A stretch of DNA of 64,000 bases, taken from NCBI GenBank assembly GCA_965240325.2, contig OZ251238.1:186001-250000 (forward strand), in the 5' to 3' direction. The position numbers and the translations under genes are program-made. The stretch's first letter is position 1; each line of letters begins with the position of its first letter. Under the pieces are notes generated by a model. It made no database searches, was not told the origin of the DNA, and saw nothing but the letters and a program-made list of their open reading frames with translations. Shown here piece after piece: positions 33,939-46,971 of the stretch. This stretch comes from Rebecca billardiae RCC1528 (taxonomy: Eukaryota > Protista > Haptophyta).

Positions 33939-34771
33939 TCAGGAGCTGATGGCGGCAGTCGTCGACGGCGACGGGGCGGGCGCTTGTGCGCGAGGCTCGT
34001 CGTGGCCTGCAGCTTCGGCGAGCGTGCACTTCGTGCCGACGTGCGTGAGGATCGACTGGCTGCAAGCCTTGCTACAGGTTCGGGCGACATGCGTGCCCAA
34101 CCGACGCGCCGCCGCCGCCGGCCAAAGCGAGGCGGCGGCTGCGCGCGCCTGCGCGCGCTGCTCGAGCTCATGCACCTTGGCCGGGAAGCTCGCGCCCATG
34201 CCTTACAAGGCTGCGGCGATCGCGGCGAGCTCCGGGCGCGCTCGGCGCGCAGCGCAGGCGCAGCTTGGCCGACCATCTTGCCGTGCGCGAGCAGTTGCTG
34301 CACGACGGTGAGCACGGCGTCGGCGGTCATCCATGGCACCTGCGACAGATGCTGGCGACCGGACATATGCCTGGCCACACGCTGAGCCTCGGCCAGCTGC
34401 CTGCGGTGCGTCTGGGCTTTGAGCAGCAGGTAGTGAGTCGGCGCCGTCAGTTCAGCAGCGCCGAGGCGCACGCCTTGCAGGAACCGGCCGTCCACAAAGC
34501 ACACGCGGCTGGTGAAGTTGTGCGGGAGCCACTGCGGCGCGAAGATGGCAAAGAGTAGGCGGTCAGGCGCCTGCGCATGCCACGCGCTCGGCAGTGCGGC
34601 CTCGTTGTCCGCCGTGAGCGCGAGCACGTACACGGCGAGGCCGCCGGCCGAGCCGATGACGACGAGCGCAGCGTCCCACTGTCCAGGGTCGCCGTCTTCG
34701 AGGAGGAGGTCGATCTGGGGCAGAGATGGCAGCGCGGCGCTCGCCTGGCCCTCGTCAGGCTGCGCGCTCAT
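33939..34771 (-). CDS. Hypothetical protein (3' end/splicing uncertain)
   Basis: ATG at 34771 (MSAQPDEG...) with globular-looking sequence to ~34270; the C-terminal frame is ambiguous. Confidence 0.45.
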
Positions 34772-35010
34772 CCGCGCGGCAGCTTCGAGCAGCGTACCTC
34801 CCGCCGTCAGCGCCGCAGGGCAGCGGCGGCCGCAACCACGCGAGGGCCGAAGTCCAACGGACTCGCCGAGCGGGCAGGGGTGCGCCGCGACGGGGGGGGG
34901 GGGGGGTCGCGGCGCACCTCGCTCGCCCGATCCTGAGGGTTTGCTCCCCAAGCTGGCGGTCTCGGTCTCAGATCCCGCCGTGATCGGCGGGCGGGTCCAG
35001 CGCGGGCGCG

Positions 35011-35700
35011 ATGGGCAACGCGTTGCACCACCTCGCGCGCAAGCACAGCACCCTGTCGCTGTGCGTGACGTACGACGAGGAGGAGGAGGATGCCAAGCCG
35101 CCGCCGCCCGTGTACGTGTGCATCTGCGTCAGCGTGGGCACGGAGGAGCTGCGCCCCGTGCGGCACCGCGTGTTCCTCTTCCTGCTCGTCACCGCGGTCA
35201 CGCTCAACGTGAGCAGCGCCGTGATGCTCGGGCTGCGCTCGCGCTGGGAGGCGTACCTGATCTCGGTGTTCGTCGTGTTCCCCGCCACGCTGCTCGTGCG
35301 CACGTACCTCGTGCACTACTCGCTCCGCCTCGCGCGCGCGTGCGGCGAGCCGCCGATCCGGCTGGAGGAGGGCGGGCTGCTGCTGCTGCTCGGCGCGCTG
35401 CTGGTGCACCTGCTCGGGTACGCGCGGCCGGAGGACGTGGCCGGCGCGCTGCGCGTCTCGCTCACGAGCTGGCTCATGTTCCAGCTGCTCGAGGCCGCGT
35501 TCATCCTGCTCGTGTATGAGTGCTGCGGTTGCGCGGGCGCGGTGCTGCGCATGCTCGCCGCGCCGCTGTGCTGCCTCTGCCCCGGCTGGTGCCGGCGCAG
35601 GGCGGGCGCCGACGCCGAGGCGAGCGGCCGCTCGGCGGCGCCGAGCGGCGCGGGCGCGACGACGACGCCGGAGAGGCAAGTGTCGATCGAGATGGAGTAG
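35011..35700 (+). CDS. Hypothetical 4-TM membrane protein
   Basis: 229 aa, four hydrophobic segments, Cys-rich juxtamembrane tail, strong GC3 bias. Confidence 0.7.
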   Translation: MGNALHHLARKHSTLSLCVTYDEEEEDAKPPPPVYVCICVSVGTEELRPVRHRVFLFLLVTAVTLNVSSAVMLGLRSRWEAYLISVFVVFPATLLVRTYLVHYSLRLARACGEPPIRLEEGGLLLLLGALLVHLLGYARPEDVAGALRVSLTSWLMFQLLEAAFILLVYECCGCAGAVLRMLAAPLCCLCPGWCRRRAGADAEASGRSAAPSGAGATTTPERQVSIEME

Positions 35701-36317
35701 GAGGCGCACCGCGTTGCACGGCCTCCCGCCGCCCATCACATGGCAGTAGCGTTTCGACAACCATGGTTCGACAACTCAGAGCAGACGAGCTGAGAGTGAG
35801 CCCGGCGTCGTTATACCGCGCCGTCGTCGTTATAGGCGCGCGGCGTAATATATAACCGCCAGGCCGATATGTCGCCGATGATGACGACTAGTGCCGGAGC
35901 GGTGCCGATATGATGACCGTCGGTGATGATATGTATTACTGTGTGACTATGAAGTATGAGCCTACGGCTGGCACCGGCGGATCCGTCGTCAATGATCGCG
36001 GACGCGACGACATGCGCGCAGTGTACTTTACGATTCGGACAACCGGCGGCGGACGACTAAATCCGCGCGATATACGCGTATATAGTATATGTATATATAT
36101 ATACTGCATGATGCGCGCGCTATAATATATATATATACTGCATCATGCTGTATCAATGAGGCGCTGCCGCGCGGCGGTAGTCGCGTAGATATCCGACTAC
36201 GCGACGTCGGACGACGAGTACTCGTCGCGTCGCGGCCGGCAGCGTCGGCGTCGGCGGCCAGAGCCGTGCAGCCTCGGCGCTGCGCGGGTCGGTATGGCAT
36301 CAGGCGCTGCTGCTGCC

Positions 36318-39204
36318 TCAGGAGTGCGCGCGCAGCGTGGCGGGGGACGCCGGCTCCGTGTCCCAGAGCGGCCACCCGCCCGCGCCCGCGGCAGGGCCCG
36401 CGCGGCCCGACGGGCTCTGCTGCTGCGCGCCGCTGCACCGCTGCTTGTGCGCAGCGGCCAGGCTGCCCGCGGGCGACAGGGCGAGCGCGCGCGGCGCGGG
36501 CACGAGCGGGCCGGCGGCGGCAGGCGACACCGGCGCGCCGAGCGGCGCGGGCGCGGCGGCGGGCGCGGCCGCTGGGAGCGCCGCTGCCTTTGGGCTCGGC
36601 TTGGCCGCGGGCGCCGAGCGCCGCTGCCCCGCGGGCAGCCGCAGCGAGGCGGCGCCCAGCACCTCGACGCCCGTCGGCGGCGGCGGCAGCGGGACTGCCA
36701 CGGCGCGCGCGTGCGGCGGCTTGGCGGCGCCGCCCGCCTCGGCGGCGCGGCGCGGGCTCGCGCCGCGCGCGCGCTCGCGCGACCCGGCGCGCCCGCCGCC
36801 GCCGCTGCCGGGCGAGGCCGTGCGCTCAAAGAGGCGCACCTCCCGGCGCGCGCGGCCGTGCGCCGTGCCGGGCTGTGCGGGCAGCGCGCTGCCGCCTGAC
36901 GGGCCGTTGCGCCCGGCGGCGCGCGTGGGCGAGGCGGCGCGCGCGGCATGGTGCTGCGTGTGCGTGTGCGTGTGCGTGTGCGTGTGCGCGTATGAGGCGG
37001 AGTAGGCGTACCCGTTCGCACTGCGCAGCAGCAGCAGCTCCTGCTGCTGCTGCTGCTGCCGCTGCGAGTGCGGCGGTGGCTTTGGCGAGCGCTGCGCCGG
37101 CGGTGGCGCGCCGCCGCCCTCGGCCGGAGTGCCGTCCGGCGAGCCGACGCCCTCGAGCAGCCGCGCGGCGAGCGCGCGGCCCGCCACGCGGCCGTCCCGC
37201 GCGCGCGCCCGCGCCGGCGGCGGCGACGTGTGCGCCCGCGTCGAGCCGACGGTGGCGCGCGCCGACAGCGGCGGCGGCGGCGGCGTGCGCGGCACCGAGT
37301 CGGCGCGGGCGCGCGCGGCCGCCGCGCCGCTCGCCGGCGGCGCGGTGGCCGCGAGCGCGCCGGCGCTCGGCCGAGGGCGGCGGCCGTGTGGCGAGCCGCC
37401 GGCGCCGGCGCGCGCGGCCGAGCGCGCGCGGCCCGCGCCGCCCGCCGCCGCGCCGCCCGCCGCCGGTCCGCCGCCGGGCGAGGCGGGGCGCGCGGCCGCG
37501 TCGCGCGCGGCCGCGCTCGCGCGCGCCGCGCGCTCGGCCGCCTCGCGCGCGCGCCGGTCCGCCGCCTCGGCCTCGCGCGCGGTGCGCAGCACCTCGGCGC
37601 GCACACGGCCCAGCTCGGTCGCCGCGGCGGCGCGCGCTCGCCACGCGCCAAACGCGGCGGCGCGCGCCTCGAGTGCGGCCGCGCGCGCGTGCTCGGACGG
37701 CGAGAGGCGGCGGCGGCCGCGCGGCGAGGCGCGCGGCGCGGCCGCGCCGAGCGCGGCGGCCGCGCGCTCGCTCGCCGCGACGAGGGCCGAGACGCGCGCC
37801 GCGTCGCGGCGCCAGGCGCGCAGCGCGCCGAGCAGCAGGCCGAGCCGCGCGCGCGCGCCGATCGCCGCGCCCGCGCGCCGCCGACGCCGCGCGGCGCGCG
37901 CGCGCCACTCGGCCGCGGCGGCGGCGAGCGCGCGCGCCGCGCGCGGCTCGGCCGCGGCCGCGAGCGCGCGCGCGCGCGCGCCGCGCGCCTCGCCCGCGTC
38001 CGCCGCGACGATGATGGCGCCGAGCGCGCGGCGCAGCGCGCTCGCGCTCGCGGGCGTCGCGCGGCGCCAGCGCAGCCGCCGCTGCCACCGCGGCAGCGGC
38101 GCGGACACGCGCGCGGCGCGCGTCGCCCACGCGCCGAACGCGGCGGTCGCGCGGCGCGCGAGCAGGTGGCGGCTGGCGCGCGCGCGCAGGCCGCGCAGAC
38201 GCAGCGTGGCGGCCGCGCGCTCGGCGGCGGAGGCGCGCCACGCGCCGAGCGCGCGCGCGGCCGCGGCGCGCCGCCCGCGCGCCGCCGCGGCCGCCAGCGG
38301 CCGCGCCGCCGCCGCCGCGCGCCGCAGCGCGCGCAGCGCGGCCGCGCGGCGCGCGGCGCGCGCGCGCGCGGCCGCGGCGGCAGCGGCGGCGCGCGCGCCG
38401 CCCGCGACGCGCCACGCGCGCAGCGCGTGCGCGCGCGCGCGCGCGCGCCACGCGGCCGCGGCGCTCGCGTCGAGCCCGTCGGCGCGCACGGCGCGCGCCT
38501 CGGCTTCGAGCTGCGCGCCGCGCCAAACGGCGAGCGCGCGCGCGCCGCGCCGCGCCGCCGCGCCGCGCTGCGCCGCGCCGGCGGCGTGCTGGGCGAGCGC
38601 GCGCGCGCCGCGCCGCGCGCCGCGCGCCGCGGCGTGCGCGGCCGCGTGCGCGCCGTGCGCGGCGGCGAGCCGGCGCGCCGTGCGCGCGCGCGCGAGGCTG
38701 GCGAGCGCCCACGCCATGCTAAGCGGCGCGAGCGCGCGCTCGGACGCCAGCGTCGCCGCCGCCGCCTCCGCGCCCGCGCCCTCCGCCTCCGCCTCGCCCG
38801 GCGGCGTCGCGCGCGGCCGGCGGCGCGCGCGGCGCGCGTGCGCGATCGCTGCGCCGGCCGCGCTCGCGCGCACGAGCGCGGCGGCGTGCTCGACGCGCGC
38901 GCGCGCGAGCGCGCGCTCGACCGACTCGGCGGGCGCGGCGGCGGCCGCGGCGGCACGCCGCGCCGCCGCCGCGTCGGCGCCTGGCGTGGCGGGCGCGCCG
39001 GTGTCGCGCGGCGGCGTGGCGGGTGACAGCGGCGCGGCTGCTGCCGACAGCGGCGGCGCGGGCGCGGCCAGCCGCGGCGGCGGCGAGGGCGCCGCGCCCG
39101 CGCGCGCGGGCGGCGCGAGGGCGGCGGGGGGGCTCACCGGCGGCGGCAGCCGGAAGGTGGGCGAGCTGGCGGCGCCCGCGCCGCGCGGCGGCGGCGAGAT
39201 GGCT

Positions 39205-39236
<32 letters not shown>

Positions 39237-40266
39237 GGTCGCCGCCTCCACCGCCGCGCGCGCGGCCGCGCCCACCGCCGCCGCCGAGTCCGCCTCCAGC
39301 CCGTGCGGCCGCGGCGGCTGCGGCGGCTGCGGCGGCTGCGGCGGCTGCGGCGGCTGCGGCGGCTGCGGCGGCTGCGGCGGCTGCGGCGGGGTGGGCGCTC
39401 TGTGCGCGGCCGCGCTCAGCAGCGGCACGGCGGGCGGCGGGCGATGGAGCACGGGCGCCGGGCGCGCGCCGCTCGCCGCGCCCGCGCCGGGCGCGTGCGG
39501 CGGCGGCGCGGCCGCGGGCGACACCACTTGGGGCGGCGCGGCGGGCTCGGCGGCGATGGGCGGCGGCGGCGGCGGCGGCGGCGCGGCGGCGGCGGGCGCG
39601 GCGGCGGCGGCGGCGGTAGGCGCGAGCAGCGGCGAAGGCGTCTGCGCCCACGCGTCGCGCCCGGCCGCGGCCGCCGGCTCGGCCGCCGGCCTCGGCGGCG
39701 AGTGTGCGGGCGTCGTCTGCATCGTCGCGTCGCGCGCGGGCGGCAGCCGGGCCAGGTCGAGCGTCGCACTCGGTCCGAGCGAGGGCGGCGTCTGCGTGGC
39801 CGCGGGCGTGAGCGGGGTTGGCAGCGGCGAGGGCGGCGCGGTGAGCGCGTGCGGCCGCAGCCGGGAGGCGCCGTCGGCGGGCGAGGAGGGAGGCGGGTCG
39901 GGCTGCGCGCGCGGCGCGGGGCGCACGCGCGCCGACGCCGACGCGCGCGACGGCGGCGCCAGCCGCGCGCGGCCGTCGGCGAGCGAGCCCGCCACCGCGG
40001 CCGCCGGGGCGGCCGCGGCCGTCGGCGCGGGCGCGGGCGCGGGCGCGGGCGCCGGCGCCGCGGCCGCGCCGACGGGTGCGCCCTCCGGCACGGCCTCGAG
40101 CGACGTCGCTCGGAAGAGGGCGCCGCCCGTGGGCGCGCCCTCGCCCCACGAGTGCCGCTTCGCCTCCGGGTCGAAGACGCTGCGCGAGCCGCCTCCCTCC
40201 ACGGCCGTGTCCGGAGCGTCCGGAGCCCCGGACTCGGCACTGCCGCCGTCGCCGCCGCCGCTTTCG

Positions 40267-40305
<39 letters not shown>

Positions 40306-43300
40306 AGCTCGGGCGGCGGCGATGCGGCGGCTGCCGGCGGCGCGGCGGCTGCGGGCGCGGCGGCGGGCGTGGCGGCGGCGGGCGGCGCGCGCAGCCCCAC
40401 CTCCGCAAGCGCCGCCTCCATCGCCGCCACATCCGCCGCCGCCGCCTCGCGCACGGCCGTCGGCTCGATTGCAATGGTGTGGTAGCGAGGGCGGCGCGCG
40501 CTGAACGCATCCGCCTCCGCGTCGGCGGCGGCGTCCGCCGCGGCGTCGGCCGCGTCGGCCTCGGCGCGCGGCGCGTCGGCGTGCGCGGGCGCGCCCCCCT
40601 CCGCCTCCCCCTCCGCCCTCGGCCGCACGCGCCCGTCCGGCCCCACCTCGAACGCCGCCGCCGCGAGCGCGGCCGAAGGCACCGACGCCGAGCGCGGCCG
40701 CGCGCCGCCGCCTGGCTGCTGCACTTGGAGCGCGGACGGGCGCGGCGTGACGTGCGTGCCGAGGATGGACGAGAGGCGCGGCATGTGCGCGTCGTCGGAG
40801 AAGGCGGCGAGCGCGCCGGACAGCCGCTTGTGCCCGTCGGGCGAGGCCACCGTGCGCAGCGACGACGGCGCCGCGCCCTTGCGCGCGCGATACACCGGCA
40901 CCGCAAAGCGCTCAAACCACGCGCCGTCGGAGCCGTCGGAGGCGCCGTCGTCAAACTCGTCGTCCAGCTCGGCGGCGGCGATGCTGCCGGCGGTGCCCGC
41001 GTCCGAGACGGTCGACGCGGCGGCGGAGCCGTGCGCGCCGTCCACCGAGAGCCCCGCGTGCGCCGCGCGGTCGCGCGGCGACTCCGGCACGCCCGCCTTG
41101 GGGAAGGGGCGGATGGCGTTGCCCGTGACGCCTCCCTTCTCGACGGGCGCGGAGAAGTGCGCGGCCGCGGACGCGAGCAGGTGCTCGGCGCGCGAGATGG
41201 GGGTGGCGCCGATGCCGTGGTCGTGCGGCCGGCGGCTCGGCGTGGTGGGCGAGGCGGGGCCGGGCGAGTGCGCGCCCGACGGCGCCGCCGGGCGCGCGGG
41301 GCTCCGCCGGCCGCCGGCGCCGCCCCCGGAGTCAGAGCCGCCGCGCACCGAGCCCTCGGGCGTTGGCGTCGAGACGACCACGACAGGCGGCGCGGCGCGC
41401 GGCTGCCTGGGCGGCGAGTCGGGCTCGAGCGAGGCGCTCGACGGCCTCGAGACGATGAGCTTGGGCGCGGAGGGCCGGCGGGGGGCGGGCGGCGCCGCGG
41501 CGTGCGCGCGCTCCGCGCCGTCCGCGCGCGCCGCTCCGCGCGCCCCCTCGTGCGCGTGCGCGTGCGCGTGCGGCCCCTGCGCTGCTGCTGCTGCGCGCTC
41601 GGCGGCGGTGTCAAACCTGCGCGCACCGAACACGGGCGTGGGGAGCGCGCCCAGCTGGTCGTCCAGGGTCAGGCCCTCGCTCGGCTCGAGGGGCTCGCTC
41701 GTCGGCCGCGAGGTCTGCTGCTGCTGCTCAGGCTGCTCCGGCCTCGGCCGCTGCGGCCGCGGCTGCTGCGCGGAGGAGCGCTCAGCCGCGTCCGCGCGCG
41801 CGCGCCGCCCGCGCGCGTGTCGCTGCAGCTCCGTCGCCGCCTCCGCCTCGATCGGGCCGTCGAGGTGGTGCCGCTCGCGCTGCGCGGCGGAGGCCGCGGC
41901 GGCGACCGAGGCCACGCCCGCGCGCGCGTGCCGCACCCGCTGCCAGCGCGACGGCCGCGCCGGCATGCGCATCGGCAGCGTGCCCGGCGGCAGCACGCGC
42001 TGCCCGCGCGCCGCCGCGTCCGCGGCGACGGGGTCTGCGCGCGGGTCTGCGTTGAGCAGCGCGTCGAGCTCGGCGGGGTCGAGGGGGAGGGAGCCGCGAC
42101 GCTGCGGGCTGGCGCGCTCGCTGCTGCCGCGACGCTGCGGGCTGGCGCGCTCGCTGCTGCCGCCCGGCTCGGCCGGCGCCGCCCCCGCGCCCGCGCCGCG
42201 CCTCGGCGTCGCGTCGCTCCCCCCCTCGCCCGCGCTGCCCCTGCGCCTGCCCGGCAGCGTGGACGCACCCAGCGTGGACGCGAGCGTGTCGAGCAGCGAG
42301 CTCTTGCGCCTCGCAGGGCTGCTGCTGCCGAGGCCCGGCTCGGTGGCGCCGAGCGCGGGCGAAGGGCCCGACGTGGGCGGCGACGAGCCGCGCCGCTCGC
42401 CGCCGCCCGCGCGCTGCGCCGAGCCGCCCGCCGAGCCGCGCCGCGGCTCGGTCGACGCGGCGGCCGGCTCGGCGCCGCGTGCGCCGCCGCGCCCGCCCGC
42501 GAGCCCGCGCCCGCTGCCGCTGTCGCTCTGACTGCCGCCGAGCAGTGTCGGGTCGGAGGCGGCGCGCGCAGCCTTGGACGGGCGCGAGGGGCGCTCGAGC
42601 GACGCCGCGCCGCCGCCGCCGCCCCACCTCGGCGCGCCCTCGGCCGACGGCGGCGCGCCCGCCGTCGGCCCCGCGGCGCGCGCGGGCGACGTGCCCGGCG
42701 TGCCGACGGCGCGCGGCGAGTGCGGCGGCGTGCTGCGCGGCGTCGACGTGTGCGAGGCGTGCGCGGAGGGCTGGAGGGAGGCGGCCGGCGTGGCGCCGGG
42801 CGTGGGCGGGCGGCCCTCGCCCTTGAGCGAGGCGACGAACTCGTTCAGGTCGATCTCGCCCGAGCCGTCCAGGTCCGTCGCCTCCCACATCGACCGGATC
42901 TGCTTGGGCGTGAACGGGTGGCCGTCCCGCCGCCGCATCTTGCGCAGCGTCGCCACAAAGTCGTCCGTCGAGATCAGCCCGGCCGTGCGCCGGTCGTACT
43001 CCGCAAACTGGCCGGCGAGGCGCTCGAGCTGCGAGAGCGACATGCCCTTGAGCGCGTTCACCGCCTTGTTCGGCCGCACGCGCGACATGGCGAGCGCGAG
43101 GTACGTGTTCTGCCCGTACTTGTGCCCGCAGATCACCTGCCGGTGGTACGCCTCGGCCGGGTGGCGCTCGGACCGAAAGCGCTTCGCCTTGAGGTAGTAG
43201 ACCGTCGCGCCGGACTCGCGGTCCTCGTACTCCTGCCAGCCCTTGGGCAGCGGGTCGGTGAGCAGCTCGATCACGAGCGGCAGCAGCTCGCGGTCCGCCG

Positions 43301-45168
43301 GCAGCTCCACGCCGATCCGCCGCGCGTGCACGACCAGCTCGTCTGCGGAGATGGCGCGCGCGCGCAGCATGGAGGAATCGCGCGCCGCGCGCGCGCCGCC
43401 CGCCGGGCCGTGCGCCGCGCCCGCGCCGCCGCCGCCGCCGCCGTCGTGCGACGTGTCGGCGGAGGGCGCGGGCGAGGGGCCGGCGCGCGCGTGCGCCACG
43501 CCCTCGTTGCTCGCGCGCCGCCGCCCCAGCCCGAGCCAGCCAAACCCCGAGCCGTGGCTGTCGCCGCTGCCCGGCTGCTGCGCCGCCGCGCGCCTGCGCG
43601 AGTCCGGCGAGAGCTGCGGCGGCGTGGCGCCGCCCGGCGGCGTGGGCGCGCTGGATGCGGTGGAGGCGGGGGAGGCGGGGCGGTGCTTGAGGGGCGAGGC
43701 GTCGCGCGGCGAGCCGGACGGCGCGTCCGCGTGGCTCCGCGCCGCCTCCTTCTCCCGCTCGCCGCCGCTCCACCGCTGGAAGCGCCCAAAGCCGCGACGG
43801 CTGCCGCCGCCGCCGCCGCCGCCCTCGGCCGCGCGCGCGTGCGCGTGCGCGCCCGGCGGCGCGTCCGCGCCCGGCGGCGGCGCGCGGCTCGCGCCCTTCG
43901 CGGGCGAGGCGGGCAGCGAGGGCGGCTGCACGACGACGGCGGGCGCCGCGCCCGGCGCGCGCGGCGCGGGCTGCGCCTCCTGCCCCTGCCGCCGCGCCCC
44001 CGCGCCGCCGCCCTTCCGCGCCGGCAGCGGCCGCAGCGGCTTGAGGGCCGGCAGCTCGGCCGCGTACCAGCCGGGGTCAGAGTTGCGGCGCGCGCGCTGC
44101 GGGCTGGCGGCGTGGCTGCCGTGCGTGCTCGCGGGCGTCGAGGCCGCGCCCGCGCCGCCGCCGCCGCCGGCCGCGCTCGGCTCCGCGCCGAAGCCCGCGC
44201 CGGCCGGGCGGCGGCGCGCGGGCGAGCGCGCGTCCGCACTTGCCCGCCGATCCATGGGCTCAGGGCCGCTGCGATACGCGCCGAGCCGCAGCTGCTCGCG
44301 CGCCGCCGCCTCGCCGCCGCGCCGCGGCGAGGGGCCGGCGACGGCGGCGGCGCTGGGCGCGCGCGGCGGCGCCTCCTCCGCCTCCCACGCGTCCGTCGTC
44401 GAGCGCACCTCGCGCGCGCGCTCGCCGCGCGCGCCGCCGCCGCCGCCGCCGCCGCCGCGCGTCTCGACGCTGAGCGAGCCGGCAGAGCCCGCGCTCGAGC
44501 CGCCGCGCCAGAGCCCAAAGCCGCGGCCGCTGCCGCCGCGCTGGGGCGTGGGCTGCTTGGGCGGCGGCTGGTGCTCGGGCCGCTTCGGCGCCGCGGGCGT
44601 CTCCGAGCGCTCCGCCCCGCCACCGCCCAGCTCCTCCTCCTCGCCGAGCCGCCGCCGCTGCACCGGCGTGCCCGCGCGCGCGCGCGGCTTGGGCGCGCCT
44701 CCGCCTCCCTGCCGCTCGTCGGGGTCAAAGTGCACGTGCGAGCCCCAGCTCACGTGCGGCTGCTCGGCGCCGGGCTCGCGCCGGGCGGGGCCGGCGGGCG
44801 GGTGCGCGCCGCGCTCGGCCGACGGGCGCGAGTCCCGCGCCGTGCTCGCCGCCGAGGCCGGCGGCGGCGTCTCCGCGTCGGGCGGCGCGGCGTCGTGCGC
44901 GCCGGCCGCGGGCGCGGCGCCGCGCGTCGCGTCGCGCAGCTGGCCCCACCGCCGCGCGGCCAGCGTCGGCTTGCGCGCCGGCGGCGCGTCCACCTCGTCC
45001 TGCCGGCGCGAGCCCCGCTTCGGGCGGCGGTGCGGCTCGGCGGCGTCGGCGGGCGGCGCCGGCGGCGAGAAGAGAGGCGGCGCCGAGCTCCCGCCCGAGC
45101 CCGGCGCGCGCGCGCCCGGCCGGTGCGCGCCGCCCTCGTCTGAGCTGCGCTCAGAGCCGCGCTTGCGC

Positions 45169-45210
<42 letters not shown>

Positions 45211-46349
45211 AGCTGCTGCAGCAGCTGCTGCTCCATCTGCTGCTTGAGCTGCTCCAGCGGCAGCCCGCCCTCCTTGGACTCGCGCGGCTCGCGCGAGCGG
45301 CGCGGCGCGCGGCCGTCCCTCGAGTCGCGAGAGTCGCGCGAGCGCCGCGGCTGGCGCGGCGAGGGCGCGTCCGCTGCGCCCGGCGGCGGCGTGGCCGGCC
45401 TCGGCAGCGCTCCATGCTGCACCCTGCCGTGCGTCTGCTGCTGCGGCGTCTGCTGCTGCTGCTGTTGCTGCGCCTGCTGCGGCTGCGGCGTCTGCTGCTG
45501 CTGCGGCGTCTGCTGCTGCTGCTGCGCCTGCGCCTGCTGCTGCGCCTGCGCCTGCTGCTGCGCCTGCTGCTGCTGCTGCGCCTGCTGCTGCTGCTGCGCC
45601 TGCTGCTGCTGTGCCTGCGGCTGCACCGGCGGCGGCTGCCCTCTGGCCGAGTGTCCGACCGAGTGTGCAAACTCGTTCAGGTCGATCTCGCCGGACTCGT
45701 CGAGGTCGGTGGCGGCCCACATCTGCCGCATCTGCTTGGGCGTGAACGGGCTGCCGTCCCGCCGGCGCATCTTGCGCAGCGTCGCCACGAAGTCGTCGAA
45801 GCTCACCAGCCCGTCGCGCGCTCGATCGTACTCGGCAAACTGTGAGGCGAGCAGCTGCAGCTGCGGGAGAGAGAGGCCGCGCAGCGCGTGGAGCTGCTTG
45901 TTCGGCCGGACGCGCGACATGGCGAGGGCGAGGTAGGTGCCCTCTCCGTACTTGCGCGCGGCGACCACCTCCTTGTGCCGTTGTTCCGCCGGGTGCTCGT
46001 GCTGCCGCAGCCGGCGCGCGCGGTGCATGTACACGGCGCGCCCCGTCTCGCGGTCCTCGTACTCCTGCCAGCCCTTGGGCAGCGGGTCGGTGAGCAGCTC
46101 GATCACGAGCGGCAGCAGCTCGCGGTCTGCCGGCAGCTCCAGCCCGATCCGCCGCGCGTACGCCGCCAGCTGGTCGGGCCGGATGCTCGACGCCGCCTCG
46201 GACGTGTGCGCGGGCGGCGGCGCGCTCGGCTCGGCCGCGCTCGGCCGAGCGGGGGAGGGCGAGGCGGAGCGCCCGGCGGGGGGCGGCGAGACGCCGCGCC
46301 CGCCGAACAGACGCGTGAAGGGCGAGCTGCTCCGCGCCGGAGACGCCAT
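36318..46349 (-). CDS. Giant protein: two CEP164-type WW + EF-hand-pair modules, long disordered linkers, C-terminal Sfi1-like repeats
   Basis: YARRIGLELPADRELLPLVIELLTDPLPKGWQEYEDRETG...HP x2; DLDESGEIDLNE and DLDGSGEIDLNE EF loops; repeated RAL.AWR/AFGAW motifs at ~37550-38750. Possible in-frame intron at ~39790-39970. Confidence 0.75.
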
Positions 46350-46971
46350 CAGCTCCGCGATGCGCGCCGCGCTCGCCGGCTGAGCACGAGCTGCAAGGCT
46401 ACCTGATCGATCGCCCCAGCCCTGCTTTTGCGCCCGGCTCCCGCCGAGCGAAATTTTGGGGGCGCCGATTAGGAGATTTGGAGGTTTCATCAAGCAGCCC
46501 CGTGCCCGAAACAGCCGCGCCGCCACGATTGGGCGGCGCAAACGTACGCAAACGGCTCGCTCCAAAAAGTGGACAGCTGCACCTTTTTAATCTGCTGCAG
46601 GTTTCATTTTCCGCCGCCGCATATTATTTTTCTCGCGCCGCGCCAAAGCCGAAAGGCCCGCGGAACGCGCGACGCGGTCGGTGCGGCCTCGCCAGCGGGA
46701 GCGGACGGCTCCCACGGCGCAGAGTCGCGTCGTGAATGCATGCATCGGGCCGCCCCGTGCCCCGGCGGGCAGGCCAATGCCTGCGCGTGCGCTCTTGATA
46801 CGGCCCGCCGGACGTTGAAGCGCAGAAGCGCTTGCCGCCTCGCGGCTTGCTCTTTCCTGACTGTGGTCTGTGGACGGCCGACGCCGGCGACGGCTAGCCG
46901 CGTCACCGCTGAGACCGCTGACCGCTGACGGCGCCTGCGCCGCCAGCGCCCACGTGTGCCGGTGGCACTGC

